Below are positions 12,528 to 25,570 of a DNA stretch of 64,000 nt, piece by piece (position 1 is the stretch's first letter; each line of letters starts with the position of its first letter). The notes beneath the pieces were generated by a model. It was not told where the DNA came from and made no database searches. It saw only the letters and a list, made by a program, of their open reading frames with translations. The stretch comes from Octopus sinensis. Lineage: Eukaryota. The position numbers and the translations under genes are program-made. The stretch lies in contig NC_042997.1 of the NCBI RefSeq assembly GCF_006345805.1, positions 172,050,001 through 172,114,000 on the forward strand. Reading direction: 5' to 3'.

Positions 12528-13982
12528 ATGTCAGCTACCTACGCATCGAAACTGAGATCTGCAAGTAGGGCTTCTCATCAAGATGAGGGTCCTACCAACA
12601 GGCAGCTCAACGAACAGTTGCTGTTGCTCAAACAAGAGGTTGAGCACCCAAAGTCTGTTGTTGCTCTCTTACTGAATAAACAGTCTCCTGTTGACGCAGA
12701 GTCACCCTTGATTTCTTCCCTGGAGACGTCCAAACTGAAGAGAACAAAATCGAGGCGGCCAAAGAAGGCGAAGGAACCGGCGGTCGTTTCTGCACATGAT
12801 CGTTCCCGTGCGGATTCTTCCTCATCTGCCTTTTCGGTCCCGGAGGTTCCCCAACCTAATTTGAGGAGCGTAGACTCAAACCCACCTGAAGACCGTTGTT
12901 CTCCCCAAATGAAGAAACGTCATCAAAACTCCAGTGGGGCGGATTTAGCTATGAAACCTGACCACGATAAACGGTCTCCTGTTGACGCAGAGTCACCCTT
13001 GATTTCTTCCCTGGAGACGTCCAAAACCGAAGGAACAAAATCGAAGCGACCAAAGAAGGCGAAGGAACCGGCGGTCGTTCCTGCACATGATCGTTCCTGT
13101 GCGGATTCTTCCTCATCTGCCTTTTCGGTCCCGGAGGTTCCCCAACCTAGTTCGAGGAGCGTAGACTCAAACCCCCTGAAGACCGTTGTTCTCCCCAAAA
13201 GAAGAAACGTAGTCAAAACTCCAGAGGGGCAGATTTGGCTATGAAACCTGATCACGATAAAATCTGTTTGGATTCTCCTTCACTTGTCCTTCCCATTAAT
13301 GCCATTGCTCAACCAATTCTGAACGATCTCGATGTGGGTTCATCTGGGGAGTGGTGCTCCCCAAACCGAAGAAGAGGCAGTGCAGTTCCAAACCAGGCGG
13401 GAAAATTATGACCACTAAATCCATTCCGATCGACCCCACAGGCCGACATAAGTCCGATGGCTATGAAACCACTCTTTCGAAATCCTCCAATGAAGAATCG
13501 AATACCGCAGCTCATAGTAGAGAACTTTTTGCCCACTCAAGATCGGCAATAATATATGGCAAGCGGAATTCACCTGTGATACAGGCATAAACCGCCTAAA
13601 AGATGACATTATTTTGTTTCCATTTTGGTTGGAAAATTGTTCTCTGTGAACGAAAATGTCAGTGTTCTTAAGGTCGCTCGGCTAGGAAGATTCCAAGCGA
13701 ACCCAACCGCAGATACTAGACCACGCCCAATAAGGGTATCTTTTCTTCTGATCGGGAGGCTTCAGTCTTTCTGAACAGAGCTCAGACGCATGCCTGGGAG
13801 GACCCCAATATGGGTTTTCGCGAGGAATACTCACTAGAGAGAGAATTCGCCGGAGGAACCTGATATCCGAGCTAAAGATGAGGAAACAAATGGGAGAGAA
13901 GGGTTTACGAATCCAAGATGGACAGATAATCAAGTCCTACCTCTGGTCCCATGCTGTAGTGCTGACAGGGAAAGTGATGTGA
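12528..13982 (+). pseudogene. LINE ORF1 (frameshifted) with a 291-bp internal tandem duplication
   Basis: MSATYASKLR... start. The C-terminal KVARLG...RPRPIRV...LTRERIRRRNLISELKMRKQMGEKGLRIQDGQI pattern is typical of CR1/L2-group ORF1. Stop TGA at 13980-13982. Confidence 0.7.
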
Positions 13983-14077
13983 GGGCAAATCGAAGTGAAG
14001 TTGATACCCCCGTCAACGATGCTATCTCTGATGCCCTTTATTCTGCTTGTTCCCCAACTCCCGCCCCTCAGACTTCA

Positions 14078-16863
14078 CAGCTAAGCATCGTCTACACCAA
14101 CTCGTGATCCTTATTCCCAAAGTTCAGTGAACTATTTACACTGGCCCTACGCGACTCCCCTGATGTGATAGCTATCACCGAGACTTGGCTGACTCCAGCA
14201 GTAAAGGACTCAGAGATCCACCTGCAGGGCTACGTCCTTTTCAGATGTGACAGAGGAAAAAGGCGAGGTGGAGGTGTTGCTGTGTATGTTAAGTCTGAGC
14301 ACAAACCGTCCTGCGGTATTCTACCCACAAATGCTCAACCTACAACCAAATTCGATGCCGTCTATTGCAAGCTGAGCCTATCTGAGTTTTGCCTGCCCGT
14401 GTTGGCTGTCTACAGGCCGCCTCTAGCCGACCCCCAGGACGATGCTCATCTACTCGAGGCGATAAGATTCGTTTCAGCTTCGCATGACTGCTTGGTACTA
14501 GGCGACTTCAACGCTCCCATGATCGATTGGCCCGCATCAATTTGTACAACATCTTCCCAGTTCGGCCAGGCCCTTCTTGACGTGGCTGAAGATTGTTTTC
14601 TATCGCAACATGTTGAATATCCGACAAGGCATCGGTCTGGGCAGCAGCCATCTATGCTAGATCTGGTATTCTCCCGCTATCCAAGATCAGTGTCAGACGT
14701 ATCTGTTGCGCCCCTCTTGCCAAGAGTGATCATGCGGTCCTGAAGTTCGTCATGCACACAACTTTTTCCACGCCCACGATTACTTCGCTGCCACGTAGAG
14801 TCTTCTCTGCAATTAATCTTGAAATTCTAACCGAGGCTTCCGCGCTTCTGGACTGGCGTTCCCTGATGACGTTGTCCTCAGTTGACGAACTATGGTCATC
14901 CCTCAAAGCATATGTAATCTGTTTGACTGACCAGGCAGTTCCCGTTGGACTTCCCAAGAGGAAGAAACACAAGCCCTGGGTGACGAAGAGGTTAAACGAG
15001 AACGTCAACTCAGAGATATTGCTTGGGCTGAATTCAAAAATCTGGATTCGACTGCAGCTTTTGAGGTGTACAAAACTCAACGAGACCGAGCCGTGTGAAA
15101 ATTGAAAAGAAAGAACGCTTCAGTTATGAATACAAAATCGCGGCAAATGCCAGTAGCAATCCAAAAACCTTCTTTGCCCATGTCCAGCGGAATTCCCGCT
15201 TGAACAACCAGATTGTAACATTGGTAGACTCAACAGGCGTATCGATTGAGGACCCTTATCAACAGAGTCAATTATTTGCCGAGGCTTTTTCAACTATTTT
15301 CAAACAAGATGATGGTCGTGAACCCCCTCCATTTGAGATCGGTACCTCCAATGCTTCGATTGATCATCACGTGGGACCAAGTCAAACGTGTTATTCAAGG
15401 CCTCGATGTCAACAAGGGTCACGGCCCTGACGGCATACACCACGGGTTATCAAAGCGTTGGCTCCGGTCATCTGCGAGCCCTTAACACGACTATTCAATA
15501 TGTCATTGGCGACGGGTGTTATACCTGCAGACTGGAGAACAGCGATAATCTGCCCAATTTTCAAGAAAGGGAGCCGCGAAGACCGTTTAACTACCGACCG
15601 GTTTCCCTTACATCAATAATCAGCAAGATGTTCGAAACCATCCTTAAGAAAAGTATGATGCTCCACCTCCTAAGCACAGCCTCGATCACTGATTCCCAAC
15701 ACGGCTTCGTGCCGAAGAGATCATGCTTGACCAACTTACTAGTAATGGAAGAATTGGTGACGCGCATCCTCGATGATAGTGATGCTGTTGACATCATTTT
15801 ATTGGACTTTGCCAAAGCTTTTGACTCGGTAAACCACCGCCTACTACTTGTCAAGCTTCAAGCATATAGTTTCCATCTGGATATTGTATGATGGGTTGGT
15901 GCCTTCCTCTCAGATCGCTCCTTCCAAGTTCAAGTTAATGGTTCGCGGTCCGACGTCTCCAGTGCGAGCAGTGGCGTGCCTCAAGGTTCAGTGCTTGGGC
16001 CCTTGTTGTTCTTAGTCTTCATAAATGACTTGCCCGATGACCTCACGCAACACACCCTTCTATTTGCCGACGATATCAAACTGGTCGCTCCTCGCAGTAG
16101 TATAGAGGATCTTCGTCGATGCCTCCACCAAATTTGGAAGTGGTCTAACGATTGGGACCTGTGTCTGAACATGTCAAAGTGCTGTCATCTGCCTGTCGGC
16201 TCTACTCCTACAACTCAACTTGATTTCGAGCCGGGTCGTCTGCTGCTGGAGAGGACCGATCAGGTAAAGGACCTGGGTATCTTGGTGGATTCCTCCTTTT
16301 CGCCTTCGGCCCAGTGCGTCCATGCTGCCAACAAAGCGCGCGGAATTCTGTTCTTGATTCGACGGTCATTCAGAGTGCTCACAGCAGCCATATTCCTGCC
16401 ACTCTATGTCACGCTGGTGAGACCCATATTGGAGTATGGGATTCAAGCCTCTTCTCCTTATCTCCTCAAAGACATACAGCACCTCGAAAGAGTCCAGAGG
16501 CTGGCTACCCGCCTGGTTCATGGTCTCAAAAATTTGTCCTACGAAGAAAGGCTGAGGACGCTCGACCTTTATTCTCTTGAAAAACGCCGCCGCCGTGGTG
16601 ATCTCATTCTCGCCCACAACATCATAAGCGGGAAGTGTAACCTCTCGAAAGAGCTGTTCTTCACTCCTGCTCCGGAGCGTCGGCTGCGGGGTCATTCCGA
16701 AAAGCTCTACCTGCGACGATTTCATCTCAATCGAAGGAGAGGAGCTTTCTCCGTCCGGGTTGCGGATCCGTGGAACAAGCTGCCAGATGAGATGGAGAAG
16801 ATGCCGACGACCGCTTTGTTCAAAGCCTCCCTGGACCTCAAGTGGCCTGAACTCTTTACATGA
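14078..16863 (+). pseudogene. LINE ORF2: apurinic endonuclease plus reverse transcriptase (2 stops, about 6 frameshifts)
   Basis: IVYTNS*SL; IAITETWL; RRGGGVAVYV; LGDFNAP; MLDLVFS; SDHAV; NYRPVSLTS; QHGFVPKRSCLTNLL; LDFAKAFDSVNH; PQGSVLGPLLFLVFINDL; LFADDIKL; RRRGDLI. Confidence 0.92.
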
Positions 16864-17609
16864 ACACCACCCTGTACTTAACTCCATGTCCCCCTACATG
16901 GCCTTGCTATTTGCTTTTGAGCCAAATTAACTAACTAACTAACTAACACACACACACACACACACATACACATACACACAGACTCATATATATGCGTGAA
17001 TATATATACATATATATGCATGCATGTATGAATAAATTATAAGATATATATGTATATATACATGCATGTATGGGTACAGGACATCACCAATGGTGCGAAT
17101 AATATGAAATAAGTAAACAATTAAGGGAAAAACGAGTGAAATAGGTAAACATTGAGAAAAAATGGAAAACAGGACAAGCTAACACAGAGAAAGGACCCTT
17201 CATCAGTTGTCAGCTGTCTATCTACACCTCATTTCGAGCATTCAGGGTCAAAGTTGGGAACAAAAAAATGACAGTTGAGACATACAAGGAAACCAAGAAA
17301 CATTTTTTTTGAAGAGAGAAAAGATAGAAGAGAGAGAGAAAAATACATCCACTTTTTTAAACGTCTGTGCAAGAAAAGAAAGATGGTCACATGAGGAAAA
17401 GAAAAATGGACGATGGTCACATGTGAGCAACAAGAAAGAGAGAAAAGAGAATGAGGGGGATAGAGAGAGAGATAGACAGAAAATGGTGAAGGAGGGAAAG
17501 GAATTAGAGAGGGAAGGAAGCAAACAGTATAGAGAAGAGAGTCGCATCAAAAAGGTGAAGATAAACTTACTTGGAAATGGATGCATCATGTTCAACTAAA
17601 TACTAAATA

Positions 17610-17709
<100 letters not shown>

Positions 17710-17943
17710 CTTTTGAAGAGATGTACAGATATTGTATATTTAGAATAAGGTAGTCTCAGAATGTTGGATGATTATATATATTTTTTTATTTATCTACATC
17801 TTATTTACATTTTTAGTGCTTTCTTCCATTGTCAGATTTATCAAATAACAGAAGAAGCTGCTAAAAATGTAAATAAGATGTAAAAAATAAAATATATATA
17901 TATATATAATCCTCCAGCATTCTGACTACCTTACTATTCTAAA

Positions 17944-18590
17944 TATCATCATCATCGTTTAACGTCTGCTTTCCATGTTGGCATTGGTTGGATGGTTTGA
18001 CTGATCAGGCAAAGTTTCTACAGCTGGATGATCTGATCTGGCAAAGTTTCTACAGCTGGATGCCCTTCATAATACCAACCACTCCGAGAGTGTAGTGGGT
18101 GCGTTTACGTGCCCTAGTATGAGGGCCAGTCAGGTGGTTCTGGCAATGACCATGCTGAAAGGTGTTTTTACATGCTACCTGCAAGGGGGCCAGTCCGGTG
18201 GCACTGGCAACAACCATGCTCAAATGTTGTTCTTCATGTGCCACCAGAACATGTGCTGGTAAGGCGACGCTGGCAATGATCAAGCTCAAATGGTGCTTTT
18301 CATGTGTCACCAGCATGAGAGCCAATCCATGGCCCTGGCAACGTTCACACTCGGATCTACTTTTAACGTTCAACTGGCACAAGTGCCAATCAGGCGATAC
18401 TGTCATCAGCCACATCAGCAATTTTGATTTGTTCACACTTGCCTCAAAAGTTCACTGTCCATGAATGAGGGGTACTCATAAGTGGGCCGGTTACATCCCA
18501 CATTCAGATGTGCTTTTAACGTTCCACTGGCATGAGTGCCAATCAGGTGGTACCGTCATCGGCCATGTCAGCGATTTTGGTTTTGATGTT
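17944..18590 (-). mobile_element. RTE 3'UTR with diverged ~65-bp tandem array and (GAT)n tail
   Basis: catcatcgtttaacgtctgctttccatg tail; core ggatgcccttc...ccactccgagagtgtagtgggtg; repeated ggccagtc(a/c)ggtggc..ctggcaa..ccatgctc units. Confidence 0.75.
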
Positions 18591-19409
18591 GGTGATGATG
18601 ATGATGACGATGATGATGATAGTATATTTTTTAATAGAATGTAAAATATTTTCTAGAAATTACTAGAAACAAGATGAAGAAGAAAAGTCATGCAAAAATG
18701 GGAGGGAATTACAAATATATATCACATATGAAATGAAACAATTAGAGAGTTGAAACATCGAAACAACACTAGACTATGCATCTCTAACATATGTCATATC
18801 CTGACATTTTATACCTAAATATCATTTAATGAAAAACAATTAAAATGAAACCGAAGATTGAAAAGGAAGTGTCTACATTAATATTTGCATTTTATTGATC
18901 AAGAAAGTTAAGTGCATTTGTGAAAAGACAAGAATTTTCAATTAAGACAAAAATATTACATTTGTTTAATCATGTCATGTAACTGTAAACAGATTAGCAT
19001 TTGTCCACCTAATCTATCAAAGATATATTTAAATTTCTTTGAAGTCTACTTTACTGGAACTTATTTCAAATCTGTTAATGTGTGTTTTTGCTAAGATTGC
19101 TTTAGATTAGTTGACTCTGATAGTCACAAACAACCGTAATGTTTGGAAAAATTACAAAAGGATATAGTTTGTGAAACTGGTTTGTTTTCTAATTAGGATG
19201 ATCTATTTTGTTCATATTTCCTTAATTGTTACTTACTAAAATTATCAACGATGTGTATCATCTCATTGTCTTGCATTATTTTCAGGTTTTAATTACTGTA
19301 TAGACCTATCTACTTTATTGCCTAGTCTGATATCTCTCAAATGATTTTATGTTAAGTGTCAAGAATACTGACTAGAGTGATACATAGGCTTGTGGTAATG
19401 GTGTTGTTG

Positions 19410-19441
<32 letters not shown>

Positions 19442-19784
19442 GGTGGCAGCGGTGGCGGCGGTGGTGGTGGTAGGTGTCAGATATAGGCAACTACAACAAC
19501 ATCAGTACAAAAATACATTACCATGAATGACAATAGCAATTACAGCAACAATATACCATTATCAACAATGAATAAAATTGTAATCCTAGATGTATAAACA
19601 TAGGCATGGCTGTGTGGTTACGAAGCTCACTTTGCAACCATGTGGCTTTTGGTTCAATCCCACTGTGTAGCACTTGGGAAAATTGTCTTCTGAGTGGACT
19701 GGAGCAACGTGAAATGAAGCGTTTTGCTCAAGAACTCAATGCGTTGCCCAGTCCAGAAATTGAAACCACTATCTTACAATCATG

Positions 19785-20086
19785 TGGAGGCACATGGCCT
19801 AGTCGTTAGAGCAGTGGACTCGCGGTTGAGGGATCACAAGTTTGAATCTCAGACCGGGCGATGTTTGTGTTTATGAGTGAAACACCTAAGCTCCATGTGG
19901 ATCCGGTAGAAGTTAATGGTGAACTTCTGCTGACTCTTTCTCCACAACTTTCTCTCTCTCTTTTCTCCTGCATCTTGCAGCTCACCTGCGACGGATTGGT
20001 GTTCCATCCAGGTGGGGGAACCTATACGCCAAGGAAACCAAGAAACCATCCCTAATGAGCCAGGTGGGGCTTAAGAAGGAACAAAC
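19785..20086 (+). mobile_element. tRNA-derived SINE (family D) nested inside another SINE, 14-bp TSD
   Basis: Head ggaggcacatggcctagtcgttagagcagtggactcgcgg...gtttgaatctc (A/B-box-like). TSD atcttacaatcatg at 19771-19784 and 20087-20100. Confidence 0.85.
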
Positions 20087-20424
20087 ATCTTACAATCATG
20101 AATCTAACAGCCTAACTACTAAGCCACATGCCTCAACCAGCTAAAAGTAGCAACCAGATATCCCTCAAATTACACCATACCATCTTGTAAAACAAAACAT
20201 TAAATTCATTGGGTGAAGTAATTCTAGGTAGGCTGTCTGAAGAAAAGCAGGTAGGATCTCTGCTAGAACATATTTAACCATAGTTCTGTTTGGTCAGCAA
20301 CAGTAGTGGTACACTTGTGAATAGTGGTGTGTTAGATGTACAACAGTAACAACAACAACAACAACAACAACAACAGCAAAAATAATTACAATATCATCAT
20401 CGTCATCATCATCATCATCATTGG

Positions 20425-20740
20425 TGAGGGCAGCTGGCTCAGTGATTAGAGCATCAGGCTCACAATTATGATTTTGTGAGTTCGATTCCCAGACCGAGCT
20501 CTGTGTTGTGTTCTTGAGCAAGACACTTTGTTTCACGTTGCTCCAGTTCACTCAGCTGTGGAAATGAGTTGTGACATCACTGGTGCCAAGCTGTATCATC
20601 CTTTGCCTTTCCTTTGGATAACATCAGTGGTGTGGAGAGGGGAGGCTGGTATGCATGGGTGACTGCTGGTCTTTCATAAAAACAACCTTGGCCAGACTTA
20701 TACCTTGAAGAAATGGATTGCACCTTTCTAGGTGCAATTC
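20425..20740 (+). mobile_element. tRNA-derived SINE (family B)
   Basis: tggctcagtgattagagcatcaggctcacaat...gagttcgattcc head; body shared with 39150-39470, 53835-54310 and 57665-57985. Confidence 0.8.
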
Positions 20741-20749
20741 TATTTCTTT

Positions 20750-20990
20750 TCCTATCATCATCATCATCATCATCATCATCTTCTTCTTCTTCTTCTTCTT
20801 CTTCTTTCTTCTTCGTCTTCTTCTTCTTCTTCGTCTTCTTCTTCTTCTTCTTCTTCTTCTTCTTCTCTTCTTCTTCTTCTTCTTCTTCTTCTTCTTCTTC
20901 TTCTTCTCTTCTTCTTCTTCTTCTTCTTCTTCTTCTTCTTCTTCTTCTTCTTTTTCTTCATCAAAAGCAACAACAACAACACCACCAACA
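20750..20990. repeat. (CAT)n/(TTC)n/(CAA)n microsatellite
   Basis: Seen directly. Confidence 0.95.
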
Positions 20991-21764
20991 AATCAGGAAA
21001 TATTTCTTTCATCTCAGAAGACTATATATATTCTTATATACATAATACCTGGGTGCATAGCTTGGAGAACAAGGAGCCTGTCCAGTTTGAGCTGCTTCTT
21101 CCCTGCATTGTATGGTTACAACCCTGGTACAATGGACAAGCAGTAAGAATGCCAAGAGATGCAAGACGAATTCTTTAAGCTGAGCCAATTCCACAGGATA
21201 CGCAGGAGTAGCTCATGAGCAAGATAGATAGATAATATCCATCGCTTCAGTTGTTCACATTTATGTGTGTGTTGTGTGTGTCTGTGTCTGTGTGTGTCTG
21301 TGTGTTTGTATGTGCATGTGTTCATGTTTGTATGTGTGTGAGTGCCTTTGTGTCTCTTTGCCGTCCACCATCACTTGACAACTAGTGTTGGTGCATTTAT
21401 GTCCCTGTAACTTAACAGTTCAACAAAAGAGACCAATAGAATCAGATTCATTTGACTAAACTTCTTCAAGGTGGTGCTCCAGCATGACCACAGTCTAATG
21501 ACTAAAACAAGTGAAAAAAAAAGAGGTATATATAGGTTTGGTTGCGTGGTAAGAAGTTTGCTTCCCAACCACATGGTTCTGGGTTCAGTCTCACTGCATG
21601 GCACCTTAGGCAAGTGACTTCCTCTATAGCCTTGGGCCAGCTACAATATGTACCTGCTTGCTAGAAACAAGAGTTAAACTCTCCAAAGCCACTTTATCAT
21701 TATTTTTCAAAGATAATGATAACTTATTTGAATTTATATGTATTGATATATATATATATATATC

Positions 21765-22620
21765 ATCATCATCATCGTCATCATCATCATTTAACGTCCG
21801 CTTTCCATGCTAGCATGGGTTGGACGGTTCAACTGGGGTCTGGGGAGCCCGAAAGCTGCACCAGTCCAGTCAGATCTGGCAGTGTTTCTACAGCTGGATG
21901 CCCTTCCTAACGCCAACCACTCCGAGAGTGTAGTGGGTGATTTTATGTGCCACCGACACAGGTGCCAGACGAGGCTGGCAAACGGCCACGCTCGGATGGT
22001 GTTTTTATGTGCCACCGACACAGGTGGCCAGACGAGGCTGGCAGACGGCCACGCTCGGATGGTGTTTTTATGTGCCAACCGACCCAGGTGCCAGATGAGG
22101 CTGGCAAACGGCCACGATCGGATGGTGTTTGTTACGTGCCCACAGCACGGAGGCCAGTCGATGCGGTACTGGCTACGGCCACGTTCGGATGGTTTTCTTG
22201 TGTGCCACGTGCCACCGGCACTGGTACCACAAAGATACAATTCCATTGATGTTCATCTATTTTGATTTGTTTTGATTTTCACTTGCCTCAACAGGTCTTC
22301 ACAAGTGTCACAAGAAGGAAGGTATGCACAGGTGGACTGACTACGACCCAGGTAGGGGCCACAGGTTATGGCCTGACTAGTCTTGCTGGGTCTTCGGATG
22401 GTGTTTTTATGTGCCACCGACACAGGTGCCAGATGAGGCTGGCGAACGGCCACGATCGGATGGTGTTTGTTACGTGCCCACAGTACGGAGGCCAGTCGGT
22501 GCGGTACTGGCTACGGCCACGTTCGGATGGTTTTCTTGTGTGCCACCGGCACTGGTACCACAAAGATACAATTCCATTAATGTTCATCTATTTTGATTTG
22601 TTTTGACTTGATTTGATTTG
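21765..22620 (-). mobile_element. RTE 3' end with tandem array and an internal ~330-bp duplication
   Basis: Tail, core and array present. The block cggatggtgtttttatgtgcc...gttcatctattttgatttg occurs twice (ending ~22270 and ~22600), separated by the RTE ORF end (reverse complement gaagacccagcaagactagtcag). Confidence 0.85.
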
Positions 22621-22709
22621 ATTTATATATATATATATATATGTATGTGTGTATGTATGTGTGTATGTATGTATGTATGTATGTATGTATGTATGTATGT
22701 ATGTATGTT

Positions 22710-23098
22710 TAAGCACTGGTGGAATGTAAAAAGTGCCATTCGAAAATGGCCGATGCCAGTGCCCCCTGACTGGGTCCCATGCCGGTGGCATGTAAAAAGC
22801 ACTATCCAAATGTGATTGATATCAGGGCCACCTGACTGGCTCCCATGCCAGTGGCGTGTAAAAGGCACTATCTGAGCATGATCGATGTCAGGCCCACACT
22901 GACTAGCTCCTGTGCTGGTGGCACACAAAAAGCACCCTCCACATTCTCAGAGTGGTCGGCATTAGGAAATGCATCCAGCTGTAGAAACATTGGCAGATCA
23001 GATTGGAGCCTGGTGGTTTGCTGGCTCTCCAGACCTAAGTCAAGCCATCCAACCCATGCCAGCATGGAAAACGGACGTTAAACGATGATGATGATGAT
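22710..23098 (+). mobile_element. RTE 3'UTR (3-4 array units, core, (GAT)n tail)
   Basis: gccggtggcatgtaaaaagcac units, then cattctcagagtggtcggcattagg...ggacgttaaacgatgatg. Confidence 0.8.
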
Positions 23099-24284
23099 AG
23101 TAGAATAAGAAATAAAAAGTCATTGGCACAATATTATATATATAAATGAATAGAAATCGCTTTTCTGATAATTGGTCACTATTTAACTATTAAAGTGAAA
23201 AGTTATCAGAAAGCCCATTTCTGTTCATTTTTTCAAATATATATATACATATATATATATATATACATACATATATATACACACACACACACATATATAT
23301 ATATACATATACACACACACGCACACATATATATATATATAAAAGAAAACAAAAAATGGAACAAGAACGTAACAGGTGACAACAAAACATGCAAACAGTT
23401 AGACAATACAAAAAAGGACAGGAAAAACAAGGACGGGTCAATCGGAGCTTCCTATCTTCAGTCGAGTTCCAGATCATCTTAGCAGTTTTGGCCGGTTACA
23501 CTCAAAACTGGTCCAATATGGCCGGCCCCAAGAAAATCTTAGCTAAGAGCACTAGACATCTTGAAAGAAAGCAAGTGAATGTATATGAAAACAAGGATGA
23601 AAACGACGGAGAAATGGTATACAATTACAAATACAAACAACAGGACATTAACAACAGGTGTATTTCGACTAAGAACGAATTAAATTAAGCTGGTGTGTGT
23701 AGAAGTGAAGCCTTATGGCAGGAACATAAGGGATGAAAATCATGGGAAGGAATATAAGAGATGCTACATGGATGGTAGTCAAACCAAGAAAGAAAGGTCA
23801 GGCTTGGTGGAACACCAGTTACGTGGAAGGAGAGTGGAGAGGTAGGGGGCAGAGGGATTGAAGAACTAGGGACAGATGAGAAAGAGAGAAAAAGAAAGGA
23901 AAGGGACAGAGTGAGGTAAAAGAGGAGGGAAAGTGAGAATTGAAGGGAAGGCCAAAAAATGTGAGAGAGGGGGAGTGAGAAAAAGAAAAGTGGAAAGAAT
24001 GAAGAAAGTGTGAAGGGGGCTAAAAGAAAGAGTAAAAGAGTTGTACAGAATTTATATATATATATATCATCATCATCATTATCATCGTTTAACGTCCGTT
24101 CTCCATGCTAGCATGGGTTGGACGGTTCGACTGGGGATCTGGGAGGCCAGAAGGCTGCACCAGGCTCCTTACATACAGGAGACCAAAAGTGTATGTACAG
24201 CGCTTATATATATATATAAAAAAGAAAACAAAAAATGGAACAAGAACGTAACAGGCAACAACAAAATATCTGCATAGTTAAACA

Positions 24285-24331
<47 letters not shown>

Positions 24332-24539
24332 TGTGTGTGTTTTTATTTGTATCTGTGTTTGTCCCCCACTACTGCCTGACAATTGGTGTTGGTGTGTTTA
24401 CTTAGCGGTTCAGCAAAAGCAACCAACAGAAAACATGTCAGGCTTCAAAATAAGTACTGGGATTGATGAGTTCCCCTAAAATTCCTCAAAGCATGGCAAC
24501 AGTCTAATGACTGAACAAGTGAAAGAGTAAAAAAGTAAA

Positions 24540-24825
24540 AGAATCATCCGAACGTGGCCGTTGCCAGCGCCACCCCGACTGGCCTCCATGCCGGTGGCAC
24601 GTAAAAAGCACCACCCGATTGTGGCCGTTTGCCAGCCTCGTCTGGCACCTGTGCTGGTGGCATGTAAAAGCACCCACTACACTCACAGAGTGGTTGGCAT
24701 TAGGAAGGGTATCCAACCGTAGAAACACTGCCAGATCAGACTGGCCTGGTGCAGCCTTCTGGCTTCCCAGTTGAACCGTCCAACCCATGCTAGCATGGAA
24801 AGCGGACGTTAAACGATGATGATGA

Positions 24826-24828
<3 letters not shown>
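24540..24828 (+). mobile_element. RTE 3'UTR (2-3 array units, core, (GAT)n tail)
   Basis: Same architecture as 29225-29826. Confidence 0.8.
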
Positions 24829-24902
<74 letters not shown>

Positions 24903-25039
24903 GATATATGCATATATATATATATATTAATATATACACACACACATATACATAGATATACATACATACACATATGTACACACATACATACACACACATG
25001 TTCATGCCTATCTTCGTGTATCTGTGTGTATTCTCTTAT

Positions 25040-25570
25040 TCTTTTATTCTATTATTTGTTTTGGTCATTTGACTGCAGCCATACTGGAGCAATACCTTAA
25101 GTCGAACAAGTTGACACTAGGACTTATTCTTTGTAAGCCTAGTATTTATTCTATCAGTCTCTTTTGCTAAACTGCTAAGTTATGGGGATGTAAACACACC
25201 AACATCAGTTGTCAAGATTGGTTGTCATCAGTTGTCAAGCGATGGTGGAGGGATAAACACAGACACACAAACATGTACATACATATATATGTACATAGGT
25301 ATGTATGTATATGTTTGTCCTTCTACCATTGCTTGACAACCGATGTTGGTGTATTTACGTCCCCATAACTTAGCAATTTGGCGAAAGGGACCAATATATA
25401 TATACAACAGGCTTCTTTCAGTTTCCATCTACCAAATCCACTCACAAGGCTTTGGTCGACCCAAAGCTATAGTAAAAGACACTTGCCCAAATTGCCATGC
25501 ATTGGGACTGAAGCCAGAACCATGTGCTTGGGAAACAAGCTTCTTACCACACAACCATTCCTGTGCCTAT
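25040..25570 (-). mobile_element. tRNA-derived SINE family A, full length
   Basis: Reverse complement matches the 28818-29206 copy, including the internal (TA/TG) tract. Confidence 0.8.

Larger units (their letters stand above)
12175..16947 (+). mobile_element. Near full-length CR1/L2-group (Jockey superclade) LINE inserted in a (CA)n tract
   Basis: Two ORFs (ORF1; APE+RT ORF2), short 3'UTR, (TAAC)n tail at 16928-16947, CA repeats on both flanks, visibly higher GC and CpG than the flanks. The 5' boundary is approximate. Confidence 0.9.

Noticed and set aside
17185-17250. GAAA...CUGAUGA on the minus strand (circularly permuted hammerhead?)
   Set aside because: Helices I and III cannot be formed.
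21040-21240. Possible exon or LINE C-terminus (GQAVRMPRDARRIL)
   Set aside because: Only a faint resemblance to the RTE GHV.RM motif, with stops in all frames.
21791-22606. 100-150 aa repetitive ORFs (also 29114-29775)
   Set aside because: By-products of the 3'UTR tandem array; the unit length is not a multiple of 3 and the ORFs lie downstream of the RTE stop.
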